NCBI RefSeq assembly: GCF_009914755.1
Contig: NC_060936.1
Strand: one strand, 5' to 3'
Source: the human T2T-CHM13v2.0 reference genome, Homo sapiens
DNA: 64,000 nucleotides
The notes under the pieces are model-generated. The model did not search any database, was not told where the DNA came from, and worked only from the letters and a program-made list of their open reading frames with translations. Position 1 is the first letter of the stretch; each line of letters opens with the position of its first letter. The position numbers and the translations under genes are program-made. Of this stretch, positions 1-19,975 are shown in pieces.

Positions 1-305
1 TTACTTTTTTCTTTTTCCTTTCTACTTGAGAAGAATATAATTGCCATTTACTAACTTCCACTTAATTTCCTAAAAACAATCCTAAAAAGTTTAGAGGAGA
101 ATAAGGATGCTAATACGGTCCAAATATGGGTCAAGAAAGAATATTAAATGATTGCAGAAGAACATATCTATCCTGACCATAGCTGGGAAGACAAAACAAA
201 CATGAAAAGGTTGGGGTCAGGCTGGGCGCGGTGGCTCACACCTGTAATCCCAGCACTTTGGGAGGCTGAGGCAGGTGGATCACCTGAGGACAGGGTTCAA
301 GATCA

Positions 306-556
<251 letters not shown>

Positions 557-656
557 TCAGCACTTTGGGATGCCAACGTAGATCCCTTAAGCCCAGGAGT
601 TTGAGACCAGCCTGGGCAACATGGCAAAACCCCATCTCTACAAAAAGTATAAAAAT

Positions 657-992
657 TGGGAGCAAAATGATAAGAACTTATGAACACACAGACAGAAACA
701 ACAGACACTGGGGTCTACTTGATGGGGGAGGGTGGAAGGAGAGAGAGAAGCAGAAAAGTTAACTATTGTGTATTGGGCTTAATATCGGGGTGATGTAATA
801 ATATGTACAACAAACCCCCATGACACGTGTTTATCTATGTAACAAACCTTCACATGTGACTGCTCTGCCTACGGAATAGCCTTTCTTTATTCCTTTACGT
901 TCTTAATAAACTTGCTTTCACAAAAAAAAAAAAAAAGAAAGAAAGAAAGAAAAAACCTTCACATGTATCCATCTCCAAACCTAAAATAAAAA
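657..992 (+). mobile_element. L1 3'-end fragment (L1PB/L1PA-like), interrupted by a retrocopy at 858-952
   Basis: Typical L1 3' UTR (AACAACAGACACTGGGGTCTACTTG...CAAACCCCCATGACACGTGTTTATCTATGTAACAAACC...CTAAAATAAAA). Confidence 0.8.
858..952 (+). mobile_element. Polyadenylated 64-bp MER41-like LTR fragment with 14-bp TSD
   Basis: CTGCTCTGCCTACGGAATAGCCTTTCTTTATTCCTTTACGTTCTTAATAAACTTGCTTTCAC followed by an A tail; flanked by AAACCTTCACATGT at 844-857 and 953-966. Confidence 0.8.
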
Positions 993-1953
993 TTATAGGA
1001 AAAAAAAAAAGTACAAAAGTATCCAGGCATGATGGCATACACCTGTAGTCCCAACTACTTGGGAGGCTGAGGCAGGAGGACAGCCTAAGCCCCAGTGGTC
1101 AAGGCTGCAGTGAGCTATGATCATGCCACTGCACTCCAGAGTGGGCAACAAACAAGAGCAAGACTGTCTCAACAAACCACCACCACAACAACAGAAAAGG
1201 TTGGAGTCACCTTTAATGTAATAATAATGCCCACGTATGCAAAAGGACTCAAGGGAAGATGGTTGGAACTGGGTGGCATATAACAAAGTCAGAAACTTAT
1301 CTGGCCAAACAATACAGCTGAAAATCAGATTTAGTTATGCTGACTCACTGAAGCCAGAAAAAAACACCTCCAGATAGCTAGCATCCAAAAAATTTGTCAG
1401 GTCACCCATGGTAGTTCACACCTATAATCCCTGAACTTTGGGAGGCAGAGGTGGGAGGATTACTTGAGCCCAGGAGTTCAAGCCCAGCCTTGGCAACATG
1501 GCAAAACCCTGTCTCTACAAAAAATTTTAAAAATAGCTGGGTATCATGGTGCACACCTGTGGTCCCAACTATTCAAGAGACAGAGGTAGGAAGGCTGCTT
1601 GCGCCTGGGAGGTCAAGGGTATAGTGAGCCATGATTGTGCCACTGAACTCTAGTCTGGGTAATAGAGCAAGATCCTATCTCAAAAAAACAGGCCAGGCAC
1701 AGTATCTCACATCTGTAATCCCAGCACTTTGAGAGGCTAAGGCAAGTGGATCACTTGAGGTCTGGAGTTTGAGATCAGCCTGGCCAACATGGTGAAACCC
1801 TGTCTCTACTAAAAATACAAAAATTAGCTGGGTGTGGTGGTGCGCACCTGTAATCCCAGCTACTCGGGAAGCTGAGACAGGAGAATCGCTTGAACCTGGG
1901 AGGTTGAGGTTATAGTAAGCCAAGATCACACCACTGTACCCGAGCCTGGGTGA

Positions 1954-2369
<416 letters not shown>

Positions 2370-3083
2370 TCAGGAGTTCGAGACCAGCCTGGCCAACATG
2401 GTGAAACCCCGTCTCTACTAAAAATACAAAAATTAGCCAGGCATGGTGGCAGGCACCTGTAATCCCAGCTACTCGGGAGGCTGAGGCAGGAGAATCACTT
2501 GAAACTGAAGGCGGAGGTTGCAGTGAGCTGAGATCACGCCACTGCACTCCAGCCTGGGTGAAAGAGTGAAACTCCGTCTCAAACAAACAAACAAAAAAGC
2601 AGGCTGGGCACGGTGGCTCATGCCTGTAATCCCAGCACTTTGGGAGGCGAAGGCTGGCAGATCACCTAAGGCCAGGAGTTCAAGACCAGCCTGACCAACA
2701 TGGTAAAACCTCATCTCTACTAAAAATACAAAAATTAGCCAGATGGTGGCACGTGGCTGTAATCCAAGCTAGTCAGGAGGCTGAGGCAGGAGAATCCCTG
2801 GAATCGCCTCACTGCAAGAAGCAGAGGCTGTAGTGAGCTGAGATCACACCACTGAACTCTGAACTCCAGCCTGGGCAACAGAGTGAGATTCTGTCTCAAA
2901 AAAAAAAACAAAACAAACAAACAAACAAATATATATATATATAATTATTATTACAAAATAACTATTAACGTGTATGAAGAAAGAGAAGCTAGGCTCGGTG
3001 CAGTGGCTCATGCCTGTCGTCCCAGCACTTTGAGAAGCTGTGGTGGGAGGACTGCCTGAGCCCAGGAGTTTGAGACCAGCCTA

Positions 3084-3462
<379 letters not shown>

Positions 3463-4133
3463 TCAAGATTTTTTTATTTTTTTGAAAAGCAGATAAGGAT
3501 ACTTTTTGCTCACACCCAGGAAAAGAAACAAAACAAGAGACAAAACTAAGTTAAAAATATCTTCCAGACATAGTGTTCATTCTTGCCTTAGGCAACGGTA
3601 AGAAAGGCCCAAAATGTCCAGAAGAAGCTGCAGAGGACAGTGTAGCCCCCGGTGGGAGGGGAAACTGAAAAATAATTATTAGCAAATCCAAAGATCTTGC
3701 CACATATAGTTTGTACTAAAAAGAAAAAAAATTACTTTTTCAAAGTGATGGCAAAGTCAAACAAAAAAAGAACATATATAAAATGCAAACTGATGGAGTA
3801 ACATGGAGGTATGAATAAAAGTGCTTAGAGAGAGCATCCTCCTCCCCTTGGGCTGGGCATTGCTAGATACTGGAAGCCAGAGTGAATGGTAACACAGTTT
3901 TTCTAAGAAAACCTTCTAGGAAATGCGAGTCTCAAGTTAGATTTTGAAAGAGGGGGAAAACATGGCCTGGCAGCAGGAGGAGCTACAGTATTTCCGTTGG
4001 TACCGTCTGTCTTCAGGGCCACTGACCCCCAAGTCCTTGACTGTCTCACTATAGAATGAGGCCAGCACATACCGCCAGACACACAGATTCCTATGGCATG
4101 GGTGAGAGACAAACAGGACAATACATTGCTCAC

Positions 4134-4253
4134 CTTGGGATACTGACGGTGACATACTTCAGCAAGATGCAGCCCAGTAACCACTCCCAGTCTAGCTGCA
4201 AGCCGCTGGAGCAGCAGCCCCACAAGGGTGGCCAACAGAAGGATCCAGAGCAA
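4134..4253 (-). CDS. SLC11A2: SLC11A2 exon 5 ([40 protein letters not shown]); gene continues beyond position 1
   Basis: ttcttcttag|TTG CTC...CCC AAG|gtgagc; 120 nt; matches the N-terminal part of ORF 3903..4253. Confidence 0.98.
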
Positions 4254-4647
4254 CTAAGAAGAACAAAATCTCCTGTAACACTCATTGAACAACTGAGTTT
4301 TTGTCTGTTTGTTTGTTTAGTTGTTTGGCAACATGAGTGGTAAATACTGCATTCAGAAAAGAGCCCAGGTCAAGAATCAAATGACTTGAGTTCTATAACA
4401 GATTTTGCACATGACCTGCTAAGTCACCTTGTACCTTTCTGAGCCTCAGTTTCTCCTATATGTAGTTTCTCCTTTGTTCAAGGAAACTATGTGGATAAAA
4501 ATAAGACCAAATGGAAAGTACTTTACACATAAGAGCCACTGCCAATGAAGTATCTGCATGTAGCCCCTGAGGCTACTATCCAACATGCAGGGTGGAGAAA
4601 AGGATGTGAGAGGGTATTATGTGCTTAAAAGGACAGGGGTAGGACTA

Positions 4648-4827
<180 letters not shown>

Positions 4828-5168
4828 CTACTGATATAATTGGTCTGTTATCACATATGAAGCAACAAAATCCAGCCTCACAAGAAAAAAGGATTTACAA
4901 TGTCAGATATTGCATGTGTCCAAGTTTCACCTCCATCTTACCCACTTTTTATTAAGAAGCTGGCCACTTCTCTGTCCAAGTCAAAGCTCTTCCCTTACCT
5001 GCAGGTTCCATCAGCCTCTTATTCTAAAACCAGAATAACAGTATCAGTACCTCTGTGCCCAAACACTTCCCAAAAAGGACAAGAGCCACCATTTTAAAAA
5101 GGAAACAAGCCAGGTGTGGTGCTGTGTGGTGTGTGCCTATAGTCCAACTACTTGGGACACTGAGGAGA

Positions 5169-7305
<2,137 letters not shown>

Positions 7306-7556
7306 AACAAGAGGAAGGATAGCTTGAGGCCAGGAGTTCAAGACCAGCCTGGGCAACATAGTGAGACCCTGTCTCTAAAAATAAAAATAAAAATAATGAG
7401 CCTGGCATGGTGGCATGCCATCTATAGTCCCAGCTACTGGGGAGGCTGAAGTGGGAGAATCAGTTGACCCCAGGAATTCAAGGCTACAGTGGGCTATGGT
7501 TGTGCCACTGCACTGGAGCCTAGATGACAGAGCAAGACCCTGTCTGTAAAAAAGAT

Positions 7557-7640
7557 TAGATAGACAGATAGATAGATAGATAGATAGATATATAGACGGA
7601 CAGACAGACAGACAGACAGAGATAGATAGATATAGATGGG

Positions 7641-7677
<37 letters not shown>

Positions 7678-7691
7678 GATATATAGATATA
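7557..7691. repeat. Compound microsatellite (GATA)n(GACA)n-(GT)12(AT)n in SLC11A2 intron 3
   Basis: Directly visible; GT run at 7641-7664. Confidence 0.95.
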
Positions 7692-7813
7692 GTCTTCAGA
7701 GATTGCCAGCCAAAATTAAACCTGAGGCTGCTGAACTTGAGCCATCCAGCAGATCTTTCACTCACAGGTTTTCCCCAGACAATAGTGTTCTCCTCCAAGG
7801 ACCTGATACTAAC

Positions 7814-7962
7814 CTCCTCCTCAGGAATGGAGATCTTCTCATTAAAGTAAGTGGCGAAGTACTCCTCTGAGTCCCCAGGGGACTGTGAAAGAGAGGGATT
7901 ACTATAGGCAGGGTTGATGTTACCAAGACTGGCAGACTCCCCATGATCTCCAGAAACACTGT
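7814..7962 (-). CDS. SLC11A2: SLC11A2 exon 3 ([50 protein letters not shown])
   Basis: ttcag|AC AGT GTT...GAG GAG GAG|gttagt; 149 nt; frame continuous with exons 2 and 4. Confidence 0.97.
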
Positions 7963-8454
7963 CTGAATTAACAGATTTGAAAATAAATTAGTAAAAAATG
8001 AACAAAATACACTAACAATTCATCCTTAGTATACTGAAATTAAATAGTTTAATATCTAAATGCACAAGAGACCAACCTGACTCTAGCTCAATTTATTTTG
8101 AATAGTTTATTTTTAATGTACATTTTAGAATAAGTAATACATTCACATGGTTAAAAATTCAGGAAGTAAAAAATTTAGCCTACACTAAAAAAGTTATCTC
8201 CCTCCCCCTCCCCCAGTCACTCAATTCTCTAGATCAGTTTTAACTCACAATGGTTTTCCTACTTCCACACTTCTACTCCTACTTGGGAATTTTTAGAGCC
8301 ATTTCATTTTCCTCTAAAAACACTGACATATGGGCTCAAAATATCATATTCCCAGACCAGCTCCTGGTAACCTAAAATCCTAGCTTTTAAAAGAAAAGAA
8401 CTAGGCCTGTCTAGCGAAATGTCCTCCCCACCTCCTATATTTGGTAGGACTTAC

Positions 8455-8476
8455 TCAAAGAATCGACCGTGGACAT
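8455..8476 (-). CDS. SLC11A2: SLC11A2 alternative N-terminal coding segment in intron 2 (MSTVDSL-N)
   Basis: ATA ATG TCC ACG GTC GAT TCT TTG A|gtaagt; perfect donor in phase 1, matching exon 3. Replaces MVLGPEQKMSDD with MSTVDSLN (4 aa shorter), consistent with my recollection of a 557-aa annotated isoform. Confidence 0.7.
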
Positions 8477-9237
8477 TATACCTCCATCAGACTTCTCAAA
8501 AAATGTGCAAGTTACAAAATCCTGCCACAGTTCAGGCTAAACTCTGAAGCTGCAGCAAAACCACCAAGCAGGAACCCTTTGTACTCTGACTAAGGCTTGC
8601 AGTAAAGTGCCGCCGGTCACGGGGTACTGGCACCCTCGTGATGGCAGGGCTCATCTCAGACTGATATCAGCGTTTCCCTGAGTTCTGCATTTTGCAGTCA
8701 ATCTTAAATATTGGGAAGCAGAAGGTCTGGGAGAAAAGGGATACCCTGCCAGAAATACACAGAGCCTAGTTTGCTTCAGCCATCAAATGGCTATTTTGAA
8801 TCACAAAGCTCTAATCTCTGTGTTTGCAATAAATCCTTACAACCTCTAATTTAAACAAATAAGAGCTTTCTTTCCATAGGGAGCTGACTCATATCATCTT
8901 AATTAAGCAGCTTTGAATTAATGAAGAAATTTATAGAAAAGGAACAGAAATTCCAAAGAAGCTCAGATTTAGGAAGGAATAGTCAAAGCACTCAAGAAGC
9001 TCCAATCAAATACAGAGCGTAAGGTACTCGCCCTGTATTTTACTGCTCCATACACATCTGAAACACCAGGAAGCATCATGAGTAGCCAAAACACTCCAGA
9101 GGTTTTTATCCTGGGTCTGGGAATAACATTGCCCTTGCAAGCATTACTGCCAGAAACCAAATTTCAGCTAATCTTGGCTCAACTCAGAATTGTAAAAAAG
9201 ATATGAAGCAGGTCTCTGGTTAAAAATCTGTTTTCAG

Positions 9238-11203
<1,966 letters not shown>

Positions 11204-12654
11204 TATTTTATGAGTTTTTAAGGACAGAAATCTGTAATTCTCTTTGGTCTAAAATATGTAATTTAAGCTCATGGTTCAATCTTCTAGAAAGGGTAGGAAA
11301 AAGCACCATACAAGCATACTGGTAGTGGAAGGCCACTATTTGGCAGCCTCAAATCTTCCTAAGAAAGTAAAGTCTGCAGCCATAATGTTCTAGACCTCAT
11401 TCCTCAACCCTCTGACAACTAGAAGAAACTAGTCACCCGTGGCCCAGCCCCTCCCAAGCTCTCCAAGAGAGCTGAAGCACCAGCAGGATTAAGCATAGCG
11501 TGTGGGATGCCAGCCTTTGTCTACAGGTCCTGTACTAAGCAACCCGCAGTGGGGCGGGTGGAGTCAGGGGTGGGGTGGAAGTTCCAGATGTCCATCATCC
11601 TGTTAAGTTTAATTGGGAGGGAGGATTTTAGCAAGCTCACTTGGGAACAGATCTATGGCATATTCTCCATTGAGCCTTACCAATAAGGCTATTAAAAAAA
11701 CAAATGTTTCAATCTTCTTATCTACTTCTCAGTTGATTTCAAATTTAGAAGGGGAAGGACAACATAGTATTCATTGATAAGCCCCTCTTTGAATCCCAAT
11801 AATAACTGTCCTACTGAAGAAGTGATGAAGCCTCGCTTAATGATCTTTTACTGCTTAAATCTAGTCTTTTTTCCACCCTTGTCCCTTATATGTTGTTCCT
11901 ACATGAACAATCTTCAACTTGCTGTTTCAGGTTTTGGGTAATCTTTCTATCTACCAACATATTCTGTACTTATAGAATTACAGAATTCAGACCAGAAAGG
12001 AGCTTTTCTTTTCTTTTTAGGTTTCATCTGTCTTCTGGGGCATATATACCACCACCTGCTAATTTGGAAAACATAATCCTTCCTCTCTAGAGTCACCAAT
12101 GCCAAGTATTATATTACAACGGACAACTAGCCATGTGTCTCCTGTCAGGTTTTAAGCCACCAGATGACTAAACATCAGCCAACAGCCCCCAATAATACTG
12201 ACTAAATTCAACCCCTCTTTCAGTCAATGACAATAGCACCTCACCTAAATGGGATTTAAATATTTGACCACTCAGAGTAGCAGTACTCACTTGGATTCCA
12301 ATCACAGCACAGCCCCGACGTTCCCGGCAAAGCCTTTTTACTTTTGTTTTACATATAATTGTAACAAACTAATGTTATCAGATTGTCTTAACCCACAATA
12401 AATTGGAAACCACAAATCAGATCTGGAACTATGCATAGCTCTTCCAGGAAAAGAGGAACTTGGCACACTGAGGAATCAAAAAACTCAAGTACATCAATTA
12501 GTCTTGGGCTATTTGATATGAGGCAAACAGTCCTTCCTTATGCGTCAATCAGTTCTGAGAATATTACTGCAAGTATAATAACTCAAGTTTCCAATTGTGG
12601 CCCTGATCAAAATGAGCTGAATGAATTAAATTGCTTTTTTTTTTTTTTTTTTGA

Positions 12655-12870
<216 letters not shown>

Positions 12871-13128
12871 TAATGATGATTAATATCATTAAGGCACTGG
12901 AAAATCAGCTGGGCACTGTTTAAGGCACTGGAAAATCACCTGGGCGTGGTAGTGCATGTCTGTGGTGCCAGCTACTTGGGAGACTGAACTAGGAGAACTG
13001 CTTGAGCCCTGGGGTCAAGGCTGCGGTGAGCCATGATCGCACCACTGCACTCCAGCCTGGGTGACACAGCGAGGCCTTGTCTAAAAAAGAAGAAAAAGAA
13101 GACACAGAAATGTCTCGTCTACATCTGA

Positions 13129-13586
<458 letters not shown>

Positions 13587-13987
13587 CAAAATAGGCTTTT
13601 AAGTTATATTTTAAAAGCAAACAATTAAGGTAATAGCGTGATCTTCCCAGGACTGTAGTCTGCAAATATTTTTAGACAGAAATATTTCATGATAAAATTT
13701 TAAATAATTATTAGTGATATTCTAAGTTCATTCCTATACCAAGTACATACAGAGCCGTTCAAATACAAAAAGTTTCGTCTTCTATCTGAAATCTCAAGAA
13801 TGAATTATTTCAAGAAAGAAAACAAATTCTAGATTCCAGTCTCCAGCCTTTTCAACAAAGCTTTTAGTCAACAAACTACATGTTTCATTACAGTGCCTAC
13901 AGAATAAAACTTGGGGCCGGAGGCGGTGGCTCACGTCTCTAATCCCACCACTTTGGGAGGCTGAAGTGGGCGGATCACCTGAGGTCA

Positions 13988-14253
<266 letters not shown>

Positions 14254-14359
14254 TCATCACTTCGGGAGGCTGAGGCAGGCAGATCACCTGAGGTCAGGAG
14301 TTCGAGACCAGCCTGGCCAACATGGTGAAACCCCATCTCTACTAAAAATACAAAAGTTA

Positions 14360-14680
<321 letters not shown>

Positions 14681-14683
14681 TCA

Positions 14684-14841
<158 letters not shown>

Positions 14842-15232
14842 TTAAAAAAAAAAAAAACTAGGGAGGAATAGAAAGGGCCAGGCCAGTTATGCACAGCATT
14901 CAAGTCTCCATGAAAATTTATGACCCATATGGAAGCAGTAAGTTAATATTAAGACAGTTTTGCTCTCCAGGGCTGTAGCACCAGGTTGTTTCAGTTACTT
15001 CGTCACATTAAGGAAAAGATCCAGAGTTAGGACACAAACAACTAGAATCAACCCAGCAATACTTTGATAAGTAACCATCACAATTATGATTAACATTGCT
15101 TTGATATTCCAGCTTACCCCTAACCATAAAGTGTCACCTTCTCTTAAACCCATTAAGTTTCTTCCTATCGAACAGCAATTGACAGAAAAAAAATGGCACT
15201 CATGGTTAAATGTAATATGACTATTTTATCCC

Positions 15233-15426
15233 ATTCTCCTGCCTCAGCCTCCCTAGTAGCTGGGATTACAGGCGCATGCCACCATGCCCGGCTAATTTTT
15301 GTATTTTTAGTAAAGACGGGGTTTCACCGTGTTGGCCAGGATGGTCTCGATCTCCTGACCTTGTGATCTGCCCACCTCAGCCTCCCAAAGTGCTGGGATT
15401 ACAGGCGTGAGCCACCATGCCCAGCC
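15233..15426 (-). mobile_element. 3'-truncated, tail-less AluSc/Y-like element with 17-bp TSD
   Basis: Intact 5' end; stops at GGCAGGAGAAT; TATTTTATCCCATTCTC at 15222-15238 and 15427-15443. Confidence 0.85.
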
Positions 15427-15919
15427 TATTTTATCCCATTCTCTAACAAAAGTTGTAAGACTGGCTGGCTGTAGTGGCTCATGCCTGTAATCCTAACACT
15501 TCGGGAGGCCAAGGCAGGCAGATTGCTTAAGCCCAGGAGTTCAAGACCAGCCTGGGCAACATAGAGAAACCCCATCTCTACAAAATATACAAAAATTAGC
15601 TAGGTGGAGGCCGGACACGGTGGCTCACACCTGTAATCCCAGCACTTTCGGAGGCTGAGGCAGGTAGATCACCTGAGGTCAGGAGTTCGAGACCAGCCTG
15701 GCCAATATGGTGAAACCCCATCTCTACTAATAATACAAAAATTAAAGCTAGGTGCAGTGGCTCACGCCTGTAATCCCAGCACTTTGGGAGGCTGAGGCGG
15801 GCAGATCGTGAGGTCGAGAGCTTGAGACCAGCCTGGCCAACATGGTGAGACCCCATCTTTACTAAAGATACAAAAAATTAGCCAGTGTAGTGGCGCATGC
15901 CTGTAATCCCAGCTACTCA

Positions 15920-16254
<335 letters not shown>

Positions 16255-17627
16255 CTAAGGTGGGAGGATCACCTGAGTCTGGGAGGTCAAGGCTGCAGTG
16301 AGTGCTGATCAGGCCACTGCATTCCAGCCTGGGTGACAAAGCAAGACCCTGTCTCAAAAAAAAAGTGTTGTAAGACTGTTTTACAAGATAAAAATGCTAA
16401 CAAAATTTTATTTTCTGTCTAAAATTTCAAAAGTCTACATATTCTTTGATCTAGCAATTTTACTCCTAAAAATGTATTCTTTAAAAAAAAAAAGCAAAAA
16501 GTACTCATCAAGGAAATATGTACAAGGATATTTCCCACAGCATTGTTTGTAGTATGAAAAGACTGTAAACAACCTTGATATTAGTAGAGGACTGGTTGAA
16601 TAAACTGTGCACATTCATTGGACAGAATACCATGCAACCACTATAAATAAGACGATCTATCATGTATAGATAGGATACAATCTCTAAAATATTACATGTT
16701 GTCAAGTCAAAAGACCAATTTGTTGAGCAGCATGCTATCATGTATGTAGCAAAAAGAAAAAAGAGAAAACACACACGTACACGTACAATCTCCAAAGGAC
16801 ACACCAAAAACTGGTAATAAAGGCCATCCCTGAGAGAAGGAAGGAGTAGGAGAGCCCAAATGAGGTCATGTGAAGGGAAAACCTCTCACTGAATATACAC
16901 TGTATACCTTTTTCACATAAAAAGAAGTTTTACCAGATACATGTATTATTTGCCTTATAAAAAATGTCAAGGTCATATAGATTCACTCAGCTTCTCAACA
17001 AACATTTTAGGGATGTTCAGTTGAACTCTCTGATAAAGCTTCTGCAATAGATAATCAGAAGTCTACAGCTGTCTAATTGGCAGGTATTTATTGCCTTCAG
17101 CCTAACTTACTACTAGTTTGTCTTAGTGCCACCTAAATGTAAAATATTAAAAATCCCCTCTCAGGAAAGCATTCCTGACTCCCTAATTTGGCTTAAGTGG
17201 CTTCTCCGTGTTCCCTCAAGGCACCCACTGCTTACCACTGTCATTTTCTTGAAAATTGTCCATTCCCTGGTACTACTCTTACAACTTTTCTGCAAGTTTG
17301 AAATTATATGAAAATTAAGTTACCCCCCAAAACACATACTAGCTATAATAAATTCTAACATCTAATTAACAGTAATTCTGTATATTCTCTTAGCATTTAT
17401 AAGAACTCTGGAAGAACAATTTGGATAGCCCAAACCTGTTTTAAAAACTGCCCCTGGCTGGGTGGGGTGGTTCACACCTGTAATCCCAGCACTTTGGGAA
17501 GCCAAGGTGGGTGGATCACTTGAGGTCAGGAGGTCGAGACCAGCCTGGCCAACATGACAAAACCCCGTCTCTACTAAAAATACAAAAATTAGCCGGGCGT
17601 GGTTGTGGGTGCCTGTAATCCCAGCTA

Positions 17628-17798
<171 letters not shown>

Positions 17799-19015
17799 TT
17801 AATATATACAACTTCAACTTTTTTTTTTTTAATCTACGGTTAAAACAAAAGTTTGGGCCGAGTGCGGTGGCTCAAGCCTGTAATCCTAGCATTTTGGAAG
17901 GCCGAGGCGAGCAGAGTTCAATGCCAGCCTGGGCAACAGGGCAAAACCCCATCCCTACAAAAAATATACAAAAATTAGCTGGGTGTGGTAGTGCGTGCTA
18001 CTTGGGAGACTGAGGTGGGCAGACTGCTTGAGCCTGGGAGGTTGTGGCTGCAGTGAGCCATGATCAGGGCACCCCAGCCTGGGCTACAGAGCAAGACCCT
18101 GTCTGTCATAAACAAATAAATAAATAAATAAATAGTTTGGGTTTGAAATAATTCGTTTTCATATAAAATTCCCCTATAGAGAATAAAGGTACTCAAAACC
18201 ATTTCACTAGTCTTACAGCTGAAAAGGTCTCCCTAAAATTAATTGTAGGTTTAGAGAGGAATGTTTTTAAATACAGTCCCTTAATTCTTTCCTCCTTTTT
18301 TTTCATCACCTTCCTCATCTCAATAAAATCAAAGACAACATTAAATAGGAAAAAACTTTCATAGAAGCAGCCAGAAAGGTGTCTTCATGGAAGTAACTGA
18401 TGAAATAAATGCTAGCAAGAATGCGTTCAAGCTACATGGCAAAGCCACCTCTTCCTCTTGACACTGTTCAGTTCATTCTTCCTCAGGCACTGTTCAGTGC
18501 CAGAGACATGCTAGTGACAAAAGAGAAACTGCTAGGTGCACAGATCAAGGCTTAGCGACACCCAAAGTGTTTATTAGAGAATAACAAAGAATTCTCATTT
18601 TTTAAAAAAATTATATTTGTCCTAAAGAAAATGAAAAGGTTTCTAGATTCTTCTAAAATTCTCTTTTCCCTAATGGTCTACTTCAAGGCCAAAGTACTTG
18701 ACAGTTCTACTAAACCATTACTGTATTATTAACACAACACCTTGTTGTACCAGGTGCTCTTCATGAAGGTGGGCTCCTGCCATTTGGATGACTGACAGTC
18801 AACAAAACTTTCTGAAATATTCTAGCAGCTCAAACAGAGCTAATTATTTTCTGAACCCTATGTATTTTAATGAGGAAGGTTATTAATCACTTTTTTAAAA
18901 TAAGAGATTATTACTCTCCCTCTATTTTTCCATTCTAGGTCATGAAGAAGCAGCATTTTCTGAGTCTATCAAAAATATCCATCCAACTTTTTTTTTTTTT
19001 TTTTTTTTGAGATAG

Positions 19016-19291
<276 letters not shown>

Positions 19292-19975
19292 TAGTTCTAA
19301 AACTCAATCTGCTCCCATTCGAGGTGTGGGGAAAGAAACAGCTTAGAATAGACATGTGAATTTCCAAATTGTTCTTGAAGGTATAAAGTCTGGTATTGTT
19401 TTTTATTTTATTTTTTGAGACAGGGTCTTACAGAACAATTATTTACATATTTCTAGCCTCCCAGGCTACAGTGCAGTTGCACAATCCCAGGCTCAAGTGA
19501 TCCTCCCACCTCAGCCTCCCAAGTTCCCAAGTAGCTGAGACTACAGGCACGTACCACCACAGCTGGCTTTTTTTTTTTTTTGTAAAGGTGGGGTCTTGCT
19601 ATGTTACTCAGGCTGGTCTCAAACTCCTGGGCTCAAGTGAGGTATTATTTTTTACACTGGAGTAAGTTTATCCTGTTTTCCTCTTATTAAAATGAATTTG
19701 ATATAAAATGATACACAGAAAAAAAAAGTCAGGTTGAAGACTGATTATGTGTACTTCATGGTAAACAGTGAAAAGCCCCTGTGGTAAGTATTCATTTTAG
19801 AAAAAGGCCTCAAAACTCTAATCCCCTCTACTCAAGTGGGTAATATTAGAATGTCTTCAACCAAAAGCCACACAAACACACTCAGTTTATAAAGTACAAA
19901 CAGAGCTGCTATTATACAATGCGCTTAACATGAACCAGTCTCTCTCTCTCTCTCTGGCATAATGGCCACTGAGAT

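Noticed and set aside
11551-11578. G-quadruplex-like GGGGCGGG...GGGGTGGGG
   Set aside because: A single common motif with a long loop and no context suggesting function.
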